Assembly (NCBI GenBank): GCA_000004695.1
Contig: CM000154.2
Span: 2,688,001 to 2,752,000 of the forward strand
Length of the DNA stretch: 64,000 bases
From: Dictyostelium discoideum
Lineage: Eukaryota
Direction: 5' to 3'
Made by a program: the position numbers and the translations under genes. A model generated the notes under the pieces. It saw only the letters and a list, made by a program, of their open reading frames with translations, ran no database searches and was not told the DNA's origin. Below, one piece after another: positions 51,034-60,298 of the stretch (position 1 is its first letter; every line of letters begins with the position of its first letter).

Positions 51034-51645
51034 CTAATCGTCAATTGACAAATCAATCAATTGTTCAAATGTTAAATGTTTAAGATCTTCAAATGTTTGC
51101 ACATCGACAATATCAAAACGAGCTCCTTCCTTCTTTAAATTATCATCTAATTTCTTTAAAAATTTAGAAGCTGATCTATCATTACCAATTTGAATGAATG
51201 AAATTGAAAGATCTTCATCTCTATTAAGTTTTTTAGTTGTTGATATAATTAATTTTTTAACATCGGATTCAGAGTTTGGAATACCGTCAGTAATAACCAA
51301 AATAGTTTCTGGTTTATTACCTTTTACAAAGTGATCATTAATAGCTTGGTTTAAAACACCATATAAATCTGTAGTACCACTTGGTTTTTCTCTTGCAAAT
51401 AATCCCATTACTGTTTGTGCATCTCTAATATTTTCATATTTTGGATGTCTAGAACTTGGACTTCCAAAGAAATAAATATTAATACCATCTGGATCTGCTC
51501 CACATGCAAATGGTGCAATTTTTGCTACTGCTGCTTCACATTGTTTCCATAAACCACCACTCATACCTAGGATTATATAAATAAATAAATAAAAAGACAA
51601 GGTTTAATATGTAATTAGTTACATTTAAATAAGTTATAATAGATC

Positions 51646-51682
<37 letters not shown>

Positions 51683-52343
51683 TACTACCACTCTTATCGA
51701 TAATAAGTGTATAATCTCTTGCATAACGATGTTTAACATGATCAAAGAATTTAACTAATGATACACCTGGCATAGTTGGTGCTGGTTTACCATATCCCAT
51801 TGGTTGTGGTTGACCGTATTGACCTGCTTGTGGTGGTGCGCCATATGGTGGTTGACCGTATTGACCTGCTTGTGGTGGTGCACCATAAGGTGGTTGGCCA
51901 TATTGGCCTGCTTGTGGTGGTGCACCATAAGGTGGTTGACCGTATGGTGGTTGACCATATTGACCTGCTTTTATTTTGTATTATATATATATATGATTAG
52001 ATTATTGATTATCTCTACCTAAAAACTATTTAATAAATGATAATTACCTGCTTGTGGTGGTTGGCCATATGGTGGTTGACCATATTGACCTGCTTGTGGT
52101 TTATATTGTTGTGGTGGTGGTTGACCATATTGACCTGCTTGTGGTGGTGGTTGGCCATATTGTCCTGCTTGTGGTGGTGGTGCTCCATATTGACCTGGTT
52201 GTGGTGCTCCATATTGACCTGGTTGTGGTGCTCCATATTGACCTGGTTGTGGTGCTCCATATTGTCCAGGTTGTGGTGGGCCTAAAGGTTGTTGAGAATA
52301 TTGTGGTGGGTAACCTTGTTGTGGTGGGTATCTAATTAATTAT

Positions 52344-52374
<31 letters not shown>

Positions 52375-52533
52375 TAATAAATAAATATGATTTCGATAGA
52401 TATTTATAATTGAATCACTCCAGATATAAATATGAGTTATTGAACTTTTTTTTTTTTTTTTTTTTTTTTTTTGCCACATATTGCAAATTTTTTTTTCTAT
52501 ACATTATAAATTTTTTTTTCTATACATTTATTA

Positions 52534-52564
<31 letters not shown>

Positions 52565-52700
52565 GGTCACAACGAATAATAAAAGTTGTAAATACAAACC
52601 CTTGTTGTGGTGCTCCATATTGGCCGGGTTGAGGAGGACCTAAAGGAGGTTGAGAATTTTGAGGATATCCTTTTGGTATGTTATATTCGCCTGGTTTCAT
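51034..52700 (-). CDS. Pro/Gln/Gly/Tyr-repeat protein with a C-terminal von Willebrand factor A (VWA) domain, about 398 aa; exons 52700..52600, 52331..52048, 51964..51686, 51566..51034
   Basis: Exon 1 encodes [34 protein letters not shown] and ends at a GTTTGT donor. Exons 2-3 encode about 14 tandem PQ(A/P)GQYG(A/Q)P(P) units. Exon 3 ends ..[15 protein letters not shown] at a GTATGT donor (51685). The intron contains (TTA)n. An AG acceptor at 51568-67 gives ..DKSGS|[51 protein letters not shown].., which are the MIDAS DxSxS and TDG motifs of a VWA domain. Confidence 0.6.
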
Positions 52701-52843
52701 ATTTATATTGAGTGTTGTATATAATTATATTGTGTAAATAAATAAAAAATTTAAATTATTTGTAAAAAAAAAAATAGATAAAAAAAATAAAACACACAAA
52801 CAATTAATCTTGCAAGAATAAATGAAAAAAAAAAAATTAATTA

Positions 52844-52899
<56 letters not shown>

Positions 52900-53185
52900 C
52901 GCAAAATGGTGCCATATTAATTAAATTTCATTTTTTCAGACCATTTTTGCTTGGAATTTTAAAAAAAATTTTTTTTTTTGTTGGCCAAAAAAGACATTGT
53001 GATCAAATGTGTCATTTGATTTATTTTTAGCATTAATTTTTTAAAAAATTTTGAAAAGGATCATTAATTTTTTTTTTTTTTTTTTTTTGACGAAGGGTTT
53101 GTGTATGAAATGTTTTTTTATTTATTTTTAAAATTTTTTTTAAAATCGGGAAATTTATTAGAAAAAAAAAAAAAATAAAAGAGTA

Positions 53186-53244
53186 TCGGCCACATAAATA
53201 CCAAATTAATTCGATTCAATTAGTTGAATTTAAAGTTATTGGCC
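53186..53244 (+). repeat. 59-bp dispersed, partly palindromic repeat (copy 1); copy 2 at 58201..58259
   Basis: 53186 TCGGCCACATAAATACCAAATTAATTCGATTCAATTAGTTGAATTTAAAGTTATTGGCC versus 58201 TCGGCCACATAAATATCAAATTAATTCGATTCGATTAGTTGAATTTAAAGTGATTGGCC differ at 3 of 59 positions. The GGCC termini and internal AATTAATTCGATTC / GATTAGTTGAATT arms are inverted-repeat-like. The two copies bracket the two membrane-protein genes. Confidence 0.75.
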
Positions 53245-53294
53245 CTTCTTCTGAATTAAACATTATTTGTGAAAAAACTGATACAATTGGACCA

Positions 53295-55346
53295 TTGGTG
53301 ACTTCACTATTGGCATATAACCCGGAAACACTATCGTATGGTAAATCTGTTGAAGTTGGGTTTGAAATACATTTTAAAGACGATTTAAATGGTATTGCTG
53401 ATATTAATTTTACTATAATCTCAGACAAAGATAAAAATGGTTTTGATTTTAATTGTAAGCCACCAGAAATAAAAAATACTCATACATGTTCTCCAAGATG
53501 GAATGTAACCATACCACAGACATTTTACATATCCCAAATGTCCACAATAGATAGCAAGGGTTATTCAACTGAATATCCTAATATTAATAAAGTAAACCCA
53601 ATGATGGAAATTGTAGAAACTGATTATAATAAACTGATAGTTACAAGTAGTGGTGAAATGGACACAGATATCCCAACGTTGGTTCATTTCATTTCTAATA
53701 TATCATATATAAATAATCAATCAGATAGATCGATTTTAGTTAACTTTACTATTGAAGATACCAATAGTGGTGTTTCAATTAAATATCAACCAACAATTTA
53801 TACAATCCCAGATACTTTGAATATTCTTTCATTTCCATGCAAACACGAAGAGGGTTTGATCAACAACACCAAATACCGCCAGGTAAATTTTTACTGCGAG
53901 TTAATGTTACCATATTTATATGGCTATCCAAACGGTTTCTTATTTCAAATTCATGGTGTTTATGATAATCATTTTAATTCTGCAGGTTTTTCTTATGAAA
54001 ATAGCCAAAGATTTGGTTTTTTCATAAATGTTACAGTTGGTGATGATATACCATTCATTGAATCATTTAAAACTGATGAATCATATATAACCTCAAAAGG
54101 TTTTAAATTTGGAATTTCACCTAGTGTAATATATAACTCCAACTTCACACAAGAACTATTAATATTTTCTCCTTCCCCTTTTTTAAATAACAGTTTTATT
54201 CAATTTAAACCAAATTTAACCCAAAACATTATTGGAGAAACTATTTTGATCTACATTAATACCTCGGAAGGAAAATCCAACACTATTTCAATTGAATTGC
54301 CATGTAAAGGAGAGCCATTATGTGGTGGTCAGTCTCAAGGAATTTGCACCCTAATGGGGTGTAGATGTAAACCTGAATATACCGGGACTGATTGCTCATC
54401 AAATATTATTATTATAAATCCAAATATTAACTTAACCGTTTGGTTGTCCAATGGTTTGGTTAAGTTAATATTTGGATTTATAATAATAATATTTGGACAA
54501 TTACCATACACTCACCATCAATCTTTGATTTCTGTTCATTCTTTAAGAGAAGTTGATTTCAATGGTAAATTGGTTAATGAATATATATTTAATAATTGGA
54601 GTTATTATGGTTCAAATAATAGTTTCTCATATATAACAGATGTCAATAATAAAAATGTACCTGATAATAATGTAAAGGTTGAGGTTTTAATTAGACATGA
54701 TAAAGATGGCGGTTTAGTAGAATTTGCCGGCAAAAATGTTCCAATTTTGCTGGGAGCTGTTAAGTATTATTTTTCTCTTTCTAAGTATATATTTAAATCT
54801 CAGTTAAATACATTACATTTGGTAATGCATGCTGCTGTAGAAACTTCACAAAAAGAAAATGTGTGCATGGGTAGTGAGTTTGGAATTGATGGTTTGGAAC
54901 AAGAATCTCAATACTTTAAAGTTCAAATCAATGGTTTTAGTCTATATGGACAATTTATGACAAGAGCAATAATAGATGGTAAATTTATATCAATCAGAAA
55001 CCTACAGGTTAATAGTTCAGATTTTAAAAAATCTTTAAACACCAACACACATTCTCAAATTTATTTTGCAATTGAAATTCCTAATTATGAAATAAGGGCT
55101 GAATTAGATCCAAACTTTAGTGTCCTCTTGGAAAATACCAATAAACCAAATTCTCAAAATTTTGTTTGTGTTGGTGGTAAATCAGGAGGTTTGACATCTC
55201 TGCAAATGATTGGAATTATAATATCTTGTGTGGGAATGTTTGTGGTTGTTATTGTAATAATTTGTTATATTTCATATAAAAAATCAACTTTTCTTCGTGT
55301 TAAAGCAAGATTTGTATCCTTGAAATTAAAAAGTCTCAGAGACTAA
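53295..55346 (+). CDS. Type I membrane glycoprotein with one EGF-like module and a C-terminal TM anchor; 5' end unresolved (no in-frame ATG or signal-peptide exon found)
   Basis: Long ORF with many N-glycosylation sequons. EGF-like CKGEPLCGGQSQGICTLMGCRCKPEYTGTDC. TM segment LQMIGIIISCVGMFVVVIVIICYI, then a short basic tail. The reading frame stays open upstream to a TGA at 53106 without an ATG and runs through the 59-bp repeat at 53186-53244. Confidence 0.5.
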   Translation: MVTSLLAYNPETLSYGKSVEVGFEIHFKDDLNGIADINFTIISDKDKNGFDFNCKPPEIKNTHTCSPRWNVTIPQTFYISQMSTIDSKGYSTEYPNINKVNPMMEIVETDYNKLIVTSSGEMDTDIPTLVHFISNISYINNQSDRSILVNFTIEDTNSGVSIKYQPTIYTIPDTLNILSFPCKHEEGLINNTKYRQVNFYCELMLPYLYGYPNGFLFQIHGVYDNHFNSAGFSYENSQRFGFFINVTVGDDIPFIESFKTDESYITSKGFKFGISPSVIYNSNFTQELLIFSPSPFLNNSFIQFKPNLTQNIIGETILIYINTSEGKSNTISIELPCKGEPLCGGQSQGICTLMGCRCKPEYTGTDCSSNIIIINPNINLTVWLSNGLVKLIFGFIIIIFGQLPYTHHQSLISVHSLREVDFNGKLVNEYIFNNWSYYGSNNSFSYITDVNNKNVPDNNVKVEVLIRHDKDGGLVEFAGKNVPILLGAVKYYFSLSKYIFKSQLNTLHLVMHAAVETSQKENVCMGSEFGIDGLEQESQYFKVQINGFSLYGQFMTRAIIDGKFISIRNLQVNSSDFKKSLNTNTHSQIYFAIEIPNYEIRAELDPNFSVLLENTNKPNSQNFVCVGGKSGGLTSLQMIGIIISCVGMFVVVIVIICYISYKKSTFLRVKARFVSLKLKSLRD

Positions 55347-55898
55347 TATTTCACTAGAAAAAAATTATTAAATAAATCATTTTATGAGAAATTTTATAAT
55401 CGAAATCTCTTTTATTTCGAAAAATGAAATTATTTGATAGAAATTGCATATTTTTTTTAAAGTAAAATTTGAACACAAATTTATTTATTCTTTCATTTCT
55501 TAAAATAATTTTTTCTAATAATTCTTTAATTTTAAAGAAATGATAGAATTATTTGTCCCATACCAAAATTATATATGATAAAATTAATAAAAACAAAAAA
55601 AGAGAAAGTTTTGAAAATGAAATTTTATTAAATGTTTACATTGGACCTATCAGTGAATAATTGAATTAATTCTAAACAAAAAAAAAGTTTTTTTTGAAAA
55701 AGATTGAGTTATCCCGGAGAAGTTCATTTTTTAAACAAAAACAAATTATTTCAAAAAAAGTTTTTTTTTTTTTAAAAAATTCCAAAATCTTTTAGCCAAA
55801 GTTTTTAAAATCTTTTTTTTTTTTTTTTTTTTTTCAAAATTTCAATTTAAAAAAAATAAAGGAAAAAACACACCAAAATTAAATAAGTAAGAATAAAA

Positions 55899-58002
55899 AT
55901 GAAATATTTATTAGTATATTTACACATATTACTATTTTGTTTATTAAAGATCAATAGCCAAAAGTATTGCACTTATAGTGGTGTTGGAGAAGATTATAAT
56001 ATCAAATTTGATGTCTTACAAACAAAGTATGTAATTTTTTTTTTTTTTCTTTCTCTTCTTTTTTTTTTTTTTTTTTTTTAAAAAAAAAACCTAATTATTT
56101 TTTCTTAAACGTTCAAACAGTGGTGGTATTGGTTTTCTATACTCATATTTAAGTGTTATTTTTACAACTTGTAATTATACTATTCCTTGTGGTAGTAATA
56201 GTAATAATGTATTGTGTGGATCATATCATTCAACTGTTCCACGCAAGTATCTTTCATTGGGATTTGTTAATGGCAGTACACATAGTTATAGCAAAGACGG
56301 ACTAATGATAACATATATATCACAGGATACAACAAATGATAATGATTGCAAAAGATATACAACAAATGTGATTTTTCAATGTAGACCAGATGGTGATGTA
56401 TCCGATTCATTAGATGTTGGCATCGACAATATACTTATTGATTCATGTATTGTTGAATTCACACTCTATTTACGTACAGTGTGTCAAACATGTCCAAACT
56501 GTTTAAAAACACATCAAACATCATGTAATGTGAAAAGTGGTTGGTGTACTTGTGATGGTAATACAAAAGGTTTAAATTGTGATCAATTAAATGCAAATAT
56601 ATCATCGGTATTAACACCAACAATTAGTGGTGGTGATGTTATAATGTCTGGTGATTTTTCAAATATTTATAATATTAGCTCAAGTATTACAATTTCAATT
56701 GGTACTTCAATTTGTAATAGTGTTATTTTCTCAAGTAATAAATCACAAATCAAATGTACGATAGGTGCAGGTGAAGGTGATCAACAAATTAAATTATCAG
56801 ATGGAAATGGTGCAACATTAATATATGATGGATTTTATTATAGAGCTCCTTGTTCAGTCGAATGTTCACCATTTGGTAAATGTAATGATCACGTTGGTAA
56901 TTGTATTTGTAATGATGTTGCAATTGGTACAGATTGTAAAACTTTAAATTTACAATTAGATTCAGTAACACCAACATTTGTAACTGGTGGTCAAGTTTAT
57001 TTAAATGGTAATTTCCTAAATGTCAAAGATCTTAGTCTAACTATTAAAATCGGTGATATAGAATGTTCAGATGTTAAATTCAACGATACTAATTTCAAAG
57101 TTTTGCAATGTATAATTCGAAAAGGTGAAGGTATTAAAGATATTATAATATCATCAGGTTTGCTATCATTTTCAAAAGCAAAAGCATTCGAATATCAATA
57201 CTACAAATGTCCACTCAATTGTTCAACACCAAATGGTACTTGTGATAATAATACTGGTAATTGTACATGCCATAATGAACATTTTGGTAATTCTTGTGAA
57301 TTTACTCGATGTCCACTCGATTGTTCGACACCAAATGGTACTTGTGATAATAATACTGGTAATTGTACATGCCATAATGAACATTTTGGTAATGGTTGTG
57401 AATTCACTCAATGCCCACTCTATTGTTCAACACCAAATGGTACTTGTGATATTAATAGTGGTATTTGTACATGTGATAATGAACATATTGGTAATGGTTG
57501 CGAAATTAAATTTATTGAATGTAAACATAAATGTTCAACCAAACATGGAATATGTGATAATGATAGTGGTAATTGTAAATGTGATACTCAAACAAAAGGA
57601 TTAACGTGTGAAGAATCAAGATTATTAATTGAATCATTAGACTCAATCAATTCAAAAGGTGGTACAATAAATATAATTGGTTATTTTGGAAATACAACAT
57701 CATTATTAACAATTAAAATTGGTGAATCACAATGTAAAAATATCAAAGTATTCAATGAAACAACATTAAAATGTGATATTGGTGAAGGTAAAGGTATTCA
57801 TAATATTACAATCATTGATGATGACCTTTCGTTCACAGCAATCAATAAGTTCCAATATCTCGATGAAAAAACAAAAATCTCAAAAATATCGAGAGGTGCA
57901 ATTGCTGGTATTGTTGTTGGTTGTGTTGTTGCTGTTTCATTAATTGGTTCTATTGCTTTTTATTATCATCACAAAAATAAAAAGGTTAATCTTTTCTTCT
58001 AA
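55899..58002 (+). CDS. Type I membrane protein with a signal peptide, MRH-like (mannose-6-phosphate receptor homology) domain, TIG/IPT-like domains, EGF-like repeats and a TM segment; exons 55899..56026 and 56121..58002
   Basis: Exon 1 encodes MKYLLVYLHILLFCLLKINSQ.. with a GTATGT donor at 56027 and an AG at 56119-20 (phase 2, junction Asn). The N-terminal region KYCTYSG..YNIKFDVL..CNYTIPCGS..LCGSY..DGLMITYIS..DCKRYTTNVIFQCRPDG..SCIVEFTLYLRTVC fits the MRH Cys/aromatic pattern. IPT/TIG-like segments follow (ISGGDVIMSGDF..ISIGTSICNSVIFSSNKSQIKCTIGAGEGDQQIKL; VTGGQVYLNGNF..IKIGDIECSDVKF..VLQCIIRKGEGIKDI; INIIGYFGN..IKIGESQCKNIKVFNETTLKCDIGEGKGIHNI). There are five tandem CxxxCSTPNGTCDNNTGNCTCHNEHFGNxCEF EGF-like units. 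The TM segment is IAGIVVGCVVAVSLIGSIAFYY. Confidence 0.7.
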
Positions 58003-58200
58003 AAACTAAAATAAAATTTAACCATTATGGTTTTTTATTACAATAATTAAAATTTCCCAATTATTTTTGATATTTTTCTTTTTTTTTTTTTCTTCCAACT
58101 ATGATTTATTTTATATAATTTTGTGTATTTTTGTGTGCTTTATTTATCTATACTAAATTCATATTAAAAATTAATAAATTTAAATTGTTATCAATTTTTT

Positions 58201-58259
58201 TCGGCCACATAAATATCAAATTAATTCGATTCGATTAGTTGAATTTAAAGTGATTGGCC
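58201..58259 (+). repeat. 59-bp dispersed repeat (copy 2, same orientation as copy 1)
   Basis: See copy 1. It lies about 200 bp downstream of the 55899..58002 gene stop. Confidence 0.75.
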
Positions 58260-58762
58260 AAGCTTTTTTTTTTTTTTTTTTTTTAAATTATTTTTTTAAA
58301 TTATTTTTTATTTTTTTTTTTTTTTTCATTTTTATTTTTTTCATTTTTTTTTTTATTCTGGCACATCACCTAACAAAAACAAAAGGTGAAATTTGTTTAT
58401 CGTGCAATAACTCTGTTTTGAAAAAATAAAAATAAAAATAAAAATAAAAATAAAAATAAAAATAAAAATAAAAATAAAAAGGATTTAAAAATTAAAAAAA
58501 AAAAAATAAAAAATAAATAAAAAATAAAAATAAAAATAAAAATAAAAAGGATTTAAAAATTAAAAAAAAAAAAAATAAAAAAAAAATAAAAAATAAAAAT
58601 AAAAATCAAAAAAATTAAAATTGAGGTGTTTTTTTGAGAAAATACCAACAATTCAATACCAATGTCTAAGACAGCCATAAATATTTTTTCCCTATTCCAC
58701 CAACTATAAAAAAAAACAAATAAAATAGTTTTATTAGTAAAATTTAAATTTTACATTTTTAG

Positions 58763-59556
58763 ATGTTATCAGAGTTTTTTAATAATATTACCTCATTTTT
58801 TGTTAATATTTTTTCATTATTTGAGGGAAAAAGAAATATAAGAATATTAATGATAGGTTTAGATGGTGCAGGTAAAAATCAATTCAATAGTTTTGATATT
58901 AGAAAAAATAATAATTTAATAAATAATAACAATTCATTTTTTAATTAAAAATTATTTTTTTTAGGCAAATCAACACTTTTATATAAATTAAAATTTGGTG
59001 ATGTTATTAGAACAATCCCAACAATTGGTTTTAATGTTGAAATAAGTATGTATCAATTTATAGGAATAAGATTGTATTAAATAATATATAATATATTATT
59101 TAAATATACATATAAAACAACCAATTTTATTAACATTAATTTACATTTTTTTTTTTTTTTCTATTTCCAAAAGTTGAATATAAAAATTTATCAATGAATG
59201 TATGGGATATAGGAGGTCAAAATAATATTAGAGCGTTATGGCGTCAATATGATCAAAGAACAGATGTATTCATCTTTGTAGTTGATTCTACTGACCGTGA
59301 AAGATTTGATGAAGTTAAACAAGAAATCAAAAATATAATTGAACAAAACAAAAATGAATCAAGTAATGCTTCATTATTAATCTTTGCAAACAAACAAGAT
59401 ATGCTCAATCCAATTACACCTGCAGAATTAGTTAATTCATTGGATTTAAATTCATTAACAAATAAAAAATGGCATGTTCAACCTTGTAGTGCAGTAAGAG
59501 GAGATGGTATTTACGAAGGTTTTGACTGGATAGTATCCAACTCTAGTGGAAAGTGA
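58763..59556 (+). CDS. Arf/Arl-family small GTPase (190 aa); exons 58763..58871, 58965..59045, 59174..59556
   Basis: The spliced protein is [37 protein letters not shown]|[26 protein letters not shown]|[90 protein letters not shown]1 GLDGAGKST, the switch I T in TIPTIG, G3 WDIGGQ and G4 NKQD are all present. GTAAAA and GTATGT donors and AG acceptors restore an Arf-collinear sequence. There is no Gly2, so it is probably not myristoylated and is more Arl-like. Confidence 0.8.
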
Positions 59557-60151
59557 TTGCATTTATAAAGGTTTTGATTGAAGGGGTAGTATTTAACAAT
59601 AGATTATTAAATTAATTTCATTATCAAATAAAAAAATAAATATAAAACTATATAAAATGAATTGGGGGCAAAAGTAAAACAAAAACACATCTCTCCTAGA
59701 TAGATTGATGATGTTTTTTAATTCTCAATTTAATTTTAATAATTTTAAAATTTTTTATTTTTCATTAATATTAAGGGTTTGGGAGAGGTAGCACTCTTTT
59801 TATAAACTCTGAAATTGTGCAATACAGAGCGAATGCTATTTTAGATGTAATAAAGGCATGCCGATATCATAACATCTAAACCTCGAATAAAAAATTATTT
59901 TAAATTCGAATGCTTTCACTTAGAAAGCAAGAACGATTTTAAACGTTCTAGAACAGATACTACACTTGATTAAAGCTATTACGCTTCAAGAAGAATTGTG
60001 ACTTATGCTTTATTAAGGCAAAAAGTGATTTGATTTGTTTTTTTATTCTTCCTTTATATTATTATTAATAAAATTATAATTTTTGGGAAAAATATTTTTA
60101 ATTCTTTTGAATTAATTACAACAATTAAAAAAACATTGTTGAAATTCCATT

Positions 60152-60212
<61 letters not shown>

Positions 60213-60298
60213 AAATCAACACACATTGTTAAATTCTTTTTTAAATATCAAAAATAAACTTTTTTTTTTTTTTTTTTTATTTAATTTATTTAATTTAT

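Noticed and set aside
51755-52335. Several overlapping His/Val/Trp/Leu-rich ORFs on both strands
   Set aside because: They are other-frame readings of the PQxGQYG nonapeptide repeat DNA. Only the minus-strand Pro/Gln/Gly/Tyr frame connects to the VWA domain through canonical splice sites.
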